This document shows positions 9,833 to 19,405 of a stretch of 64,000 nt of DNA, piece by piece (positions within the stretch are counted from its first letter, which is position 1; the number at the start of each line of letters is the position of its first letter). The stretch covers positions 620,001 to 684,000 of the forward strand of contig JBMNHG010000008.1 of assembly GCA_050950285.1 (NCBI GenBank). Direction: 5' to 3'. The notes under the pieces were generated by a model. It was not told the origin of the DNA, made no database searches, and saw nothing but the letters and a program-made list of their open reading frames with translations. A program made the translations under genes and the position numbers. The DNA comes from Kiritimatiellia bacterium (GTDB taxonomy: Bacteria; Verrucomicrobiota; Kiritimatiellia; RFP12; JBMNHG01).

Positions 9833-9933
9833 CTGACGCGCTGGCAGGGCTTGCGATCGCGGAGGGAATGATCCACAATGTCCGCTTCCTGCGCCCTCTC
9901 CTTGCCCGCCCAACGCCCTTGCATCTTTTGGCC

Positions 9934-10971
9934 ATGATTGCACGCAACGTCCAGAACCTCGACGCCTACACCCCCGGCGAACAGCCGAAGGTGCCGGGGC
10001 TCGTCAAGCTCAACACCAACGAGAACCCCTATCCGCCTTCCCCTCGCGTGGGCGAGGCTCTCGCGTCGCTCGACTGGAAGCTCCTGAGCCTGTATCCCGA
10101 CCCGACGTGCATGGCGATCCGGGAGACGGTCGCGCGCATCCACGGATGCACGGCCGAACAGGTTTTCGTGGGGAACGGTTCGGATGAAATCCTCGCCCTG
10201 TGCACCCGGGCCTTTGTCGAAGACGGCGGCGGAATCGGCTTCTTCGAGCCCTCCTATTCGCTTTATCCCGTGCTCGCGGACATCCGGAACGCCGTCCGCC
10301 ACCCCGTGCCGCTGGCCGACGGGTTTGCGTGGGCCGATCCGCCCGTCCAGGGCACCGACCTCTTTTTCATGACGCGCCCCAACGCGCCGGTGGGCATCGC
10401 CTACGGCAAGGCGACGGTTGCCTCCTTCTGCGCGGCCTTCCCTGGCGTTGTGGTCATCGACGAGGCATACGGGGATTTCGCCGACGACGACTGCATGGAT
10501 CTCGCCCTTTCGGCGGAGAACCGCAATACGCTTGTGATGCGCACGCTCTCGAAGTCCTATTCGCTGGCCGGCATCCGTTGCGGCTACGTTGTCGGGCCTG
10601 TCGAGCTCATCGGCGCGCTCTACAAAATCAAGGACTCCTACAACCTGGACCGCGTCACGCAGGCGCTTGCCCTGGCCGCGCTCCAGGACCGGGACCACAT
10701 GCTCGCGAACGTCGCGCGCATTCGCGCCACGCGCGCCCGCATCGCTTCCGCGCTTCGCGAGCGGGGATGGAAGGTCGTCGATTCGCAGACGAACTTCCTT
10801 TTCGCCTCGCCGCCGGACGGCGATGCGGCCTCGTGTTTCGCCTATCTTCGCGGCGAGCGCATTCTCGTGCGCTATTTCCCCGGGCCTCGAACGGGTTCCC
10901 ATCTCCGCATCACCTTGGGCGATGACGCCCAGATGGATGCCCTCCTGGACGCCCTCGACCGTCGCGCCTGA
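9934..10971 (+). CDS. hisC: Histidinol-phosphate aminotransferase
   Basis: YTPGEQP, KLNTNENPYPPS, GNGSDE, IDEAY, RTLSKSYSLAGIRCG (PLP lysine). Confidence 0.93.
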   Translation: MIARNVQNLDAYTPGEQPKVPGLVKLNTNENPYPPSPRVGEALASLDWKLLSLYPDPTCMAIRETVARIHGCTAEQVFVGNGSDEILALCTRAFVEDGGGIGFFEPSYSLYPVLADIRNAVRHPVPLADGFAWADPPVQGTDLFFMTRPNAPVGIAYGKATVASFCAAFPGVVVIDEAYGDFADDDCMDLALSAENRNTLVMRTLSKSYSLAGIRCGYVVGPVELIGALYKIKDSYNLDRVTQALALAALQDRDHMLANVARIRATRARIASALRERGWKVVDSQTNFLFASPPDGDAASCFAYLRGERILVRYFPGPRTGSHLRITLGDDAQMDALLDALDRRA

Positions 10972-11036
10972 AGCCATGCCTCTTCCGGAAGGACGACGCC
11001 AACGTGCATCCAGACGCCAGGGAAAAAGCGCCCCTC

Positions 11037-12615
11037 ATGAATCCGTCCCCCCGGATGCCGGGAAAGAATCGACGTTGGCTGGGACTGGGCCTGGGCGCGC
11101 TCGTGCTCGTCCTTCTCGCCTGGTTCGCCCGCATCCCCGAGAAGCGGGAGCTCCCCTTCCGCGCGATGCCGCCCGGCTGCCCGATCGTGGCGGAGACGCT
11201 CGATCTTGCGCGGAACTGGCATGAGCGCCTCGCGAATCCGCTGGCGATCGCCGCGATGCGGATCGCGGGCGTGGAGGAGCCCCGGAGCATCGCCGGGGAC
11301 GCCGACCTGGAGGCGACCCTGCGCATCCTCACGGGGAAGCGCGCCGTGCTGGGGTATGTCCCCGAGATCGGCCCCACGCGCGCCCCCGCCTTCGTCGGCG
11401 CAAGCTACGTGGGGATGCGCGCCTGGCCGATGCGCGTTTTGCTGGCCATCCGGCATGTGCCCGGGCTCGGCCCCCTGGAGCAGAGCGAAAGCGGCGCGCT
11501 CTTCCTGCGTTTCTCCGACGAAGACGAAGAGGACGCCCCCGTCCCCGTCCTTGGCCTCGACCTGAAAGACGGCGTGCTGCTGGCCGCATGGTCCACCGAC
11601 CCCGACGCCATCCGAACCCTTGCGTGGCGCGCCGCCCAGGATGCCCTTCCCGTCGCACCCGTCCTCGCGGGAGACGAGCCTTGGCGCACCCCCCTGCAAC
11701 AGCCGGTGCGCGCCTGGACTTCCACGGGCGCCTGGCTCCCCATGGACAGGGAGCGACGGCAGCCTGGCGGCATCGCACCACCCTGTCCGGTGCGCCGTCC
11801 GCCGTTGGAATCGATCGGCGTTGGAGATGGAGGTGGACCTCCGGCTGGAAGATCCTCCGGGAGGCACCCCGCTGGAACGGTCCTGCGCGATGCTGGACGC
11901 CCTTCCCGACGATCCGCCCATCGCCGTGCTCGCGCTTCCCCGCAGGGTGGTGGAAGACGCGCTCCGGGCCTTCCGCATCCGGCTCGCGCCTGCGAAAGGC
12001 GACGCCTGCCTCGCCCTTGTCGGCTCCGCCTACGGCGCCAGGCTCCTCGGCGTGGACGTACCGTCCATCCAGGCCTCGCTGCCTTGGGCGGAGGACGATG
12101 CGGCCACGGCGGCCACCCTCGCCACGCTTTGGAACCTGTTCCCGGGTGCCGGCGCGCGCGTCCGTCCTTCGGCGGGATCCCGTTTTGCAATCGAGCTCGC
12201 CGATCTTCCGATCGCCCGTCTCGCGGGACTCGACCTCGTCGCCGAAAAACGCGGGGGATGGCTCACCGCCGCCACATCCGCATCGTCCCTGGACAAACTC
12301 CGGGCCGCACCGCTGACCGGCCGCTCCGTCTGGCGGGAGGGATGGCAGGCCGCCTGTGCGAACCGCGATGCCTTCGCCTACCTTTGGCTCGACCTTCCCG
12401 CGCTCTCCAAGGAGTACGAACGCCTTTTCGCGCTGGTGCGCCTCGTCGCGACCTTCCAGCCGGACCTGTTGGACGAATCCCTCCTCGCCACCCTCCAGGG
12501 CGTGTCGGCCGTGTCGCGCGACCTCTCCACCTCCGGCGACCTTTGCATCGCCGGCGTCCGCAACGGCGATGCCCATCGCCTCTTCCTCTCCATCACGCCG
12601 CGTCCGGCGCCTTGA
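11037..12615 (+). pseudogene. Membrane-anchored hypothetical protein split by a +1 frameshift near 11738-11741 (real or a sequencing error)
   Basis: Protein-like frame from ATG 11037 up to AWLP; protein-like sequence then continues in the +1 frame (ORF 11620..12615); removing one C from CCCC joins them into ~525 aa. Confidence 0.65.
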
Positions 12616-12632
12616 AGCCCCGAAAGGACACC

Positions 12633-13064
12633 ATGACAGAACCCTCCCTTCCCGATACGCCTGCGGACCGTGCGGTGCGGTTGTTCCGGAGCGGCTTCAA
12701 CTGCGCCCAATCGGTCTTCTGCGCCTTCGCCGAAGAGTTCGGCATGGATTTCGAAACCGCGAGGAAGGTGTCCAGCGGCCTGGGCGGCGGAATCGGGCGC
12801 ATGCGCGAGACGTGCGGCACGGTCACCGGCGCCGCGTTGGTGCTCGGGATGCGGCACGGACCCGACAAGGCGGATGTCTATCCCGGCGTGCAAGAATTTT
12901 ACGCCGCCTTCCGGGCCGAGACGGGATCGGTCGTCTGCCGCGAACTGCTCGCCGGGACAGGCGCCACGCAGGGCGGCGCGCCCGAGGCCCGTACGCCCGG
13001 ATACTACCGCAGGCGTCCCTGCGTGGAACTGGTGCGCCTTGCGGCGGAGCTTCTTTCGCGCTAA
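12633..13064 (+). CDS. C_GCAxxG_C_C family putative redox-active protein
   Basis: FNCAQSV, GLGGGIG..ETCGTVTG, GSVVCRELL, PCVELV; AAGGA RBS. Confidence 0.88.
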   Translation: MTEPSLPDTPADRAVRLFRSGFNCAQSVFCAFAEEFGMDFETARKVSSGLGGGIGRMRETCGTVTGAALVLGMRHGPDKADVYPGVQEFYAAFRAETGSVVCRELLAGTGATQGGAPEARTPGYYRRRPCVELVRLAAELLSR

Positions 13065-13168
13065 GCCCGTTCCGCGCATGCCGGTCCCCCTTTTGCGCCT
13101 TGCCCCTTTGCCGGGGCTTTGCGTACAATGCCCCAATCCCTTTTTTAAAATCAGGAGGCTTTCCCGTC

Positions 13169-13969
13169 ATGATCAAACTCGGTGTGAATTCGGTGTTGTT
13201 TGGCGCCGTGGATTTCGCCACGGCGGCGCGTCAGGCCAAGCTTTGCGGCTACGATGGCATCGAGGTCTCGGCCATCGCCGGAATGTGCGAGCACCTCGTG
13301 CTCGACCGATGGGAAGAGCAGGCCGACGCCATCCGCGGCATCGCGGAGGAGAACGGGCTCCAGCTGCTCTCCATGGAGGTCGCGTCGCTCGACGAGGCCC
13401 GCCTGGAGAAGGCCTTCGCCGCCGGCAAGGCCATCGGCATCCCCGTGATCAACGTGGGCCCCAGCGGGAAGTCCGAAGACGAGCCCACCGTGGTGGAATG
13501 CCTCGAAACCCTCGCCAAGCGCGCCGGACTCGCCGCCCGGTACGGCGTGACCCTCTGCTGCAAGGCGCACGTCGGCAGCGCCATTTACAACACCCCGACC
13601 ACTCTCCGCATGATGAAGACCATCACGGACGACAGCTTCGGCGTCGACATGGACCCCAGCCACATCTGGCGCGGTGGCGAGGAGCCGCAGGACGCCCTCA
13701 AACAGGTGGTTTCGCGCGTCCGCCACGTGCACATCCGCGACTGCAAGGGACGCCAGATGAATCCCGGCATCCCGAAGATGCAGGCTTGCGGCCGCGGCGA
13801 CATCGACCTCGCCGCCTACTGCAAGGTCCTCGTCCAAAGCGGCTACGACGGCCCCGTCTGCCTCGAGGTGATTGGCGCCGGCGAACTTCCGCTCGACCAG
13901 ACCACCGCCATCGCCGCCGAAAGCTACGGCTACCTCAACGCCGTCCTCAAGTCCCTTGGCGCGCGATAG
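13169..13969 (+). CDS. Sugar phosphate isomerase/epimerase (xylose isomerase-like TIM barrel)
   Basis: AGGAGG RBS; GYDGIE, DMDPSH, HVHIRD, GRGDID, GYDGPVCLE. Confidence 0.85.
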   Translation: MIKLGVNSVLFGAVDFATAARQAKLCGYDGIEVSAIAGMCEHLVLDRWEEQADAIRGIAEENGLQLLSMEVASLDEARLEKAFAAGKAIGIPVINVGPSGKSEDEPTVVECLETLAKRAGLAARYGVTLCCKAHVGSAIYNTPTTLRMMKTITDDSFGVDMDPSHIWRGGEEPQDALKQVVSRVRHVHIRDCKGRQMNPGIPKMQACGRGDIDLAAYCKVLVQSGYDGPVCLEVIGAGELPLDQTTAIAAESYGYLNAVLKSLGAR

Positions 13970-14015
13970 CCGCCCCTCCCCATACCTCCCCATCCCCCAT
14001 CCAACGGAGCCGCCC

Positions 14016-15416
14016 ATGACCCAGCGTCCCAATCTGATCCTCCTCGGCATCGACTCCCTCCGTGCCGACCACATGAGCCTCTACGGCTATCCCAAGCTGA
14101 CGACCCCGCACATCGACCGGTACATGAAGGACGGCGCGGTCTTCACCCGCCACTTCTGCCCGTCCGTCCCCACCTCCTCCGGCTACAGCTCGATGCTCAC
14201 CGGGCTCGATTGCTTCGGCTGCGGCGTCGTCGCCCTCCGCCACGAAGGCGGTCTCGCGCCGGGCGCCCGCACGCTGGCCGAAACCCTTGGCGACGCCGGC
14301 TACACCACCACCTGCCTTGGCTTCTCCGGAAATGTCGGCTCCCGCGGCTTCCAGAAATACCTCGAATTCGAAGGCGCATGGAAGGGCTGGGAGGGCCGCC
14401 CCCTCCGCAAGGCCGAGAACCTCAACGCCGTTGCGCTTCCCGAACTCGAACAGCTCGCGAAGCAGGACCAGCCCTTCTTCTTCTTCATGCGGCACATGGA
14501 CCCCCACTCGCCCTACCTGCCGCCGCCGCCCTTCGACACGATGTTCTACCAGGGCGACTACGCCGATCCCGCGAACCGCTCGCTCGATCCCGTCTACGCC
14601 TTCAAGCCCTTCGCCGAGTACCTCGCCAGCTGGTTCCCGCCCGGCTGCACCGACAAGGATTTCGTCATCGCGCAGTACGACGGCGAAATCGCCTACATGG
14701 ACACCTGCCTGGCCCTCCTCTTCGAGAAGATCCGCCATCTCGGCCTCGAGGAGAACACCCTCGTGGTGCTGACCTCCGACCACGGCGAGACCCTCTACGA
14801 CCACGACTGCTACTTCGACCACCACGGCCTCTACGACTGCACCCTGGCCATCCCGCTCGCCTTCCGCCTGCCCGGACGCGTCCCCGCCGGCCGCCACGGC
14901 CTCTACACCCGGCACCCCGACCTTGTGCCGACCATCCTCGACCTCCTCGGCGTGCCCGTCCCGGAAAACCACCCGATCGACGGCCACAGCCTCCGCAGGG
15001 CCATCGACGGATTCCCCTGTCCGCAAACCTCCGAGTTCTACATCACCGAGGCCACCTGGATGCGCAAGCACGGCTGGCGCACCCCCGAGTGGAAGCTCAT
15101 CCACGCCCTCGAGCCGGACTTCCACTTCAAGCCCGAAGTGGAACTCTACCATCTCGTGGACGACCCCGAGGAGAACCACAACCTCGCCGAAGCGCGCCCC
15201 GACATCGTGAAGAGGCTCGAGGAACGCATGCAGGCGCACATCCGGGAGCGCGAGGCCGCCACCGGACGCCCGAACCCGATGTACACCAACCTCAATTGGC
15301 ACGGCTGCGGCGGCGGGCCCTTCAAGAGCTCCCAGGAAGCCTACGACCGGATGTTCATCGGCTCGGCCGACGGCGCCCGCAAACTCCAGGAACGAAACAA
15401 GGAAAAGAAGGCGTAA
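14016..15416 (+). CDS. Sulfatase-like alkaline-phosphatase-superfamily hydrolase
   Basis: RPNLILLGIDSLRADH, DPHSPY, YDGEIAYMD, TSDHGE, ELYHLVDDPEE. Confidence 0.85.
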   Translation: MTQRPNLILLGIDSLRADHMSLYGYPKLTTPHIDRYMKDGAVFTRHFCPSVPTSSGYSSMLTGLDCFGCGVVALRHEGGLAPGARTLAETLGDAGYTTTCLGFSGNVGSRGFQKYLEFEGAWKGWEGRPLRKAENLNAVALPELEQLAKQDQPFFFFMRHMDPHSPYLPPPPFDTMFYQGDYADPANRSLDPVYAFKPFAEYLASWFPPGCTDKDFVIAQYDGEIAYMDTCLALLFEKIRHLGLEENTLVVLTSDHGETLYDHDCYFDHHGLYDCTLAIPLAFRLPGRVPAGRHGLYTRHPDLVPTILDLLGVPVPENHPIDGHSLRRAIDGFPCPQTSEFYITEATWMRKHGWRTPEWKLIHALEPDFHFKPEVELYHLVDDPEENHNLAEARPDIVKRLEERMQAHIREREAATGRPNPMYTNLNWHGCGGGPFKSSQEAYDRMFIGSADGARKLQERNKEKKA

Positions 15417-15417
15417 C

Positions 15418-16431
15418 GTGAAGAAACTGCGTGTCGCCGTGATCGGGCAGGGCCCCATCGGCCGCCTGCACGCGCGTCTTTACCGTGCCGACGAGCTCGC
15501 CGAGCTCGTCGGCGTGTGCGATCTTCTTCCCGACCGCGCCAAGGCCGGCGGCGAGGAAAACGGCGTGCCGTTTTTCCTCGATGCCGCCGGGATGCTCGAG
15601 CGGCTTCGCCCCGACGTGGTCAGCGTGGCGACCGGAGGCTTCGAGTACTCCAGCGACCACTGCCTGCCCACGATCCAGGCGCTCGAGGCCGGGGCGCACG
15701 TGCTGTGCGAAAAGCCGCTCAGCAACGAGCTGGACACCGGCAGGAAGATGGTCGAGACCGCGAAGCGGCTGGACCGCTGCCTCGCCGTCGACTTCAACCA
15801 CCGCTTCACTCCCGTGGCCCTCGCCGCGAAGAAGTGGCAGGAGGAAGGCCGTCTCGGCGAATTGATCTTCTGCAACATGGCCCTGTGGATCGGGAAGTTC
15901 GGCTCGTTCGAGTCGCCCAACTACCACATCAAGGCGCTGAATCCCCATTCGGTGAACATGATGATGTGGTACTGCGGCCCCATCGAGTCCGTGCAGTGCT
16001 TCGCCAAGAAGGCGGCGGGCCGCGACATCTGGTCCACGGCCTCCATCAACATGCGCTTCGCCAGCGGCATGGTGGGCCATCTGACGTCCAGCTACGACAT
16101 CGAGCGGGGCCATCCCATGGAACGATGCGAGGTCGCCGGCACGAAGGGCCGCTTCGTGGTGGAGGACATGTGGCGCCAAGCCACGCTCTACCCGGCGGGG
16201 GACCTGGAGAAGCGCGTGGTCACGAACCCCGTCTTCGGCGGCTACTCCAACTTCGACGACACCTTCCGCGCCCGCCTGCACCGCTTCCTGGAGCAGGTCG
16301 CCGCCGGCGTCGCGCCGGACGAAATCGACGGCACCGGCGCGGACGGCCTCGAAGCCATGCGCGTGCTCCATGCCGCCATCCGGTCGATCGACGAAGGCAG
16401 CCGGCTGGTGCACGTCTCCGAGATGGAGTAG
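15418..16431 (+). CDS. Gfo/Idh/MocA family oxidoreductase
   Basis: GTG start; VAVIGQGPIG Rossmann motif; HVLCEKP. Confidence 0.9.
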   Translation: MKKLRVAVIGQGPIGRLHARLYRADELAELVGVCDLLPDRAKAGGEENGVPFFLDAAGMLERLRPDVVSVATGGFEYSSDHCLPTIQALEAGAHVLCEKPLSNELDTGRKMVETAKRLDRCLAVDFNHRFTPVALAAKKWQEEGRLGELIFCNMALWIGKFGSFESPNYHIKALNPHSVNMMMWYCGPIESVQCFAKKAAGRDIWSTASINMRFASGMVGHLTSSYDIERGHPMERCEVAGTKGRFVVEDMWRQATLYPAGDLEKRVVTNPVFGGYSNFDDTFRARLHRFLEQVAAGVAPDEIDGTGADGLEAMRVLHAAIRSIDEGSRLVHVSEME

Positions 16432-16452
16432 CCCCCAGGCCGCGCCCGGCGC

Positions 16453-18570
16453 TCACGGCCAGACGTGCGGGGTGCGGTCGATCGTCTCCTGCTGCTCCTG
16501 CGGGGAGAGCGCGACGAAGAATTCGCTGAAGCCCGTCTTGCGCACCATCAGCGTGCGGTGGGCTTCCGGGTTCGCCCGGGCCTCTTCGAGCTTTTCGCGG
16601 GTCGCGAAGGTGAAGCCCACGTGCTGCCCGCCCATCGCGAAGAACCCCTTCGCCAGCGCCGCGAGCACGTCCGGCCCGGGGCGGACCGCCAGCCGCAGGT
16701 TGAGGCCGCCGCAGATGCATCGGTCCAGGGGGAGCCGCGCCACGCTGCGCAACAGCGCAAGCGGGCCCTGGCGGTCGGCGCCGTGGACGGGCGACTGGTT
16801 CTCGCTGACCGCCTCGCCCGCCCGCCGCCCGTCCGGCGTCGCGCCGAGCGCCGCCCCGAAGGCGTTGTGATGCTCGAGGGAGTAGAGCGACGACATCATG
16901 CGGAAGCCGGTTTCGCGGCCCGCCTTCCCTGCCGCGTCGAGGAGCGCCTCCGCGGCGCGCCGCGTCCAGCCGTCGGCCTCTTCGTTCCCGTTTCCGAACT
17001 TCGGCATTCGCTCGCGGAGTTCGCGGGCGAAATCTTCCGCGCCCTCGAAGTCGCGTTCGAGGAGGCTCGCGAAGGCCGCGAGCGAAAGGCGTTTTTCCGC
17101 GTCCACCATCCGGGCGATCCCCACGAGGCTGTCGCCTATCGTCGCGATGCCCGGGAACATGGCGTGCCGCCAGCGGAGGCTGTCGCCGCCGCCGTACAGG
17201 ATGTCGCGGCAGGCGCGGTTGCACTCCGGCAGGAAGAGCGACTCCAGGCGGAAGACCGGGCGTTTGGCGGGGAAGCCGTCGCGTTCGCGGTTTTCCCGGA
17301 TCATCCGCTCCGTTGCGATTTCGCGGAACTCGCCGAGGATCGCTTCGGCGGCGGACTCCGGGACGTCCTGCCGCCCTGCGACCCTCAGGAGCGCCTCGCG
17401 GAACCAGGCCGGGGAGTTCTCGCAGACGTCGATCCGGCACATCCGGTTGTGGAGGAGGCCGGGGAGGTCCACGCGATTGCAGGCGGTGAAGGTGTAGTTC
17501 CGCGCAACGTCCGGCGCGATGCCTGCGGCAGCCAGCACGCCGATGGGGAGGCGGTCGTGGTAGAAGTTGCACTGCGGGCCCAGCGAGGCGGCGGCCCGCC
17601 CGGCGAGTTCCCAGGCGGAGCCGGGGGAATCCGGGTCGATGCGGAAGTTGAAGGTGGGCTGGGGGAGCTGGACGAGTTCCGCGGCCTCCACGAGGACTTC
17701 GGTGAGTTCGTTGAAGGCGCACAGGCCCTCCGCGTCGCATCCGCCAAGGGTGAGGTACTGCTTGCTTGAAAAGCAGGGGGTGGGCTGGCAGCGGTAGTTG
17801 TCGGTGGCGGTGCCGGCGATTTCGTTGAACTTCACGAAGAAGAGGGCGAGGCTTTCGACGGCTTCCGCGCGGGTAAGGCGGCCTGCCGCGAGGTCGGCGC
17901 GGTAGAAGGGGAGGAGCGACTGGTCGAGGCGCCCCGGCGCGAAATCGCGGGATCCGCATACGCAGCTCATCACGAAATGCAGCATCCAGGCGGATTGCAA
18001 CGCGGAATGGAAGTCGAAGGCGGGGCCGTGCGGAACGCGCCGGAGTTCCGCCGCCATGCGGGTGCGCCCCGCCGCTTCGGCGGAGTCCGCATAGCGCAGG
18101 GCGAAGCGGCGGATGGCGTCGACGGCGCGCGTCGCCTGGCGGGCGTAGAAGCGGGCGTCGTCCGTATCGAGGCGGTCGGCGGCGTCGCGGGCGTCGCGGG
18201 CGAGGCCTTCGAGGCCTCGGGCGAACAGCGTTTCGAGAGGAAGCGTGATGTGGCCTTCGCTGCCGAGGCCCCAGGGGATGTCGCGAAAGCCTTCGGTGCG
18301 GGGCCAGCGCCCCATCACCATGCGGCCGGCGAATTCGTCTTCCGGCTCCAGGGGCGTCGAGAGGCGCTCGAGCAGCAGTTCGAGTTCGGCGAGATAGCGC
18401 TCGCCTTCCGGGAGGGAGCGGGTTCCGGCGGCGGCATCGGCCAGCAGGGTTTCGCGTTCGAGGAAGCCGTCGCCGTTGTCCGCATCCAGCACGCGCCGGC
18501 GCAACGTCGCGATCCGCTCCGGAAAGGCCGGGGTTCCCGCGGCGTCCTTCGGTGTCGGCTTCGAAAGCAT
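16453..18570 (-). CDS. Glycyl radical enzyme (PFL-like fold) of unknown specificity
   Basis: GRLDQ, MPKFGNG, GATPDGRR, ARANPEAHRTLMVRKTGFSEFF, QETIDRT C-terminal glycyl-radical domain. Confidence 0.85.
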   Translation of the reverse strand: MLSKPTPKDAAGTPAFPERIATLRRRVLDADNGDGFLERETLLADAAAGTRSLPEGERYLAELELLLERLSTPLEPEDEFAGRMVMGRWPRTEGFRDIPWGLGSEGHITLPLETLFARGLEGLARDARDAADRLDTDDARFYARQATRAVDAIRRFALRYADSAEAAGRTRMAAELRRVPHGPAFDFHSALQSAWMLHFVMSCVCGSRDFAPGRLDQSLLPFYRADLAAGRLTRAEAVESLALFFVKFNEIAGTATDNYRCQPTPCFSSKQYLTLGGCDAEGLCAFNELTEVLVEAAELVQLPQPTFNFRIDPDSPGSAWELAGRAAASLGPQCNFYHDRLPIGVLAAAGIAPDVARNYTFTACNRVDLPGLLHNRMCRIDVCENSPAWFREALLRVAGRQDVPESAAEAILGEFREIATERMIRENRERDGFPAKRPVFRLESLFLPECNRACRDILYGGGDSLRWRHAMFPGIATIGDSLVGIARMVDAEKRLSLAAFASLLERDFEGAEDFARELRERMPKFGNGNEEADGWTRRAAEALLDAAGKAGRETGFRMMSSLYSLEHHNAFGAALGATPDGRRAGEAVSENQSPVHGADRQGPLALLRSVARLPLDRCICGGLNLRLAVRPGPDVLAALAKGFFAMGGQHVGFTFATREKLEEARANPEAHRTLMVRKTGFSEFFVALSPQEQQETIDRTPHVWP

Positions 18571-18595
18571 GCGGCTCGATTTCGCGGGGGCGGGT

Positions 18596-19375
18596 TCAGG
18601 CGGCGACGAGGAGCGTGGCCGCTTCGGACAGTTCGATGATGGCGCCGAGGATGTCGCCGGTGATGCCGCCCAGCTGGCGCTTCGCGAAGGCGAGCAGCGC
18701 CGTCGTCGTCCCCAGGGAGGCCAGGACCGCGATGGCGGCGGTCCGCGGGTCCAGCAGGAACAGCGGCGCCAGGAAAAGGGTCGCGAGGATGGGCTGGAAG
18801 GTTGTGAGCCCCTCCCGCATGCGCGCCGCCATCCCTGCGGGGTTCGCGAGGGGGACGCTCGTCCGGCAAAGGGCGATGGTCGCGCCCCAGCGCGCCGCGA
18901 CGGGTGCCGCGAGGAGCGCGAAGGGGGGCGCGGATGCGGTGGCGATTCCGGACAGCGAGGCCGTCGCCGCGAACTTGAGGAGCAGGAAGAGCGAGAGCCC
19001 CGTCACGCCGAATCCGCCGAGACGCGGATCGGCCATGATGGCGAGGCGCTTTTCGCGGCTTGCCGCCGTGAAGCAGCCGTCGCAGGTGTCCGCCCAGCCG
19101 TCGAGATGGAGGGCGCCCGTCGCCCAGGCCCAGAGGCCGAGGAGAAGCGCCGCCGTCGCGAGCGGTCCCGGCCACGGCACGCCGCCGTCCGGAGCCAGGC
19201 GCAGGCGCATCCAGGCCGGAAGGAAGAGGATCGCGCCGACAACCCATCCCGCCAGCGGGAAGCATCCGGCGAAGCTCCCCCAGCGCAGGCCTTCCTCCCA
19301 GCGCACCCGGACGGGGAGGCGCGTGAGGAGCGAAATGGCTTGGAGGGGGCGGCGGATGAGGACGATGGGCGACAT
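18596..19375 (-). CDS. cobS: Adenosylcobinamide-GDP ribazoletransferase (cobalamin synthase)
   Basis: LTRLP, TGALHLDGWADTCDG, IMADPRLGGFGV, GGITGDILGAIIE. Confidence 0.92.
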   Translation of the reverse strand: MSPIVLIRRPLQAISLLTRLPVRVRWEEGLRWGSFAGCFPLAGWVVGAILFLPAWMRLRLAPDGGVPWPGPLATAALLLGLWAWATGALHLDGWADTCDGCFTAASREKRLAIMADPRLGGFGVTGLSLFLLLKFAATASLSGIATASAPPFALLAAPVAARWGATIALCRTSVPLANPAGMAARMREGLTTFQPILATLFLAPLFLLDPRTAAIAVLASLGTTTALLAFAKRQLGGITGDILGAIIELSEAATLLVAA

Positions 19376-19405
19376 GGCGGCTTCGTCGCGGCGGCGGCCC
19401 GCAGC

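Noticed and set aside
18596..19375. Functional B12 link between cobS and the adjacent glycyl radical enzyme
   Set aside because: GREs are B12-independent and no other cob genes or cobalamin riboswitch were seen; adjacency alone is insufficient
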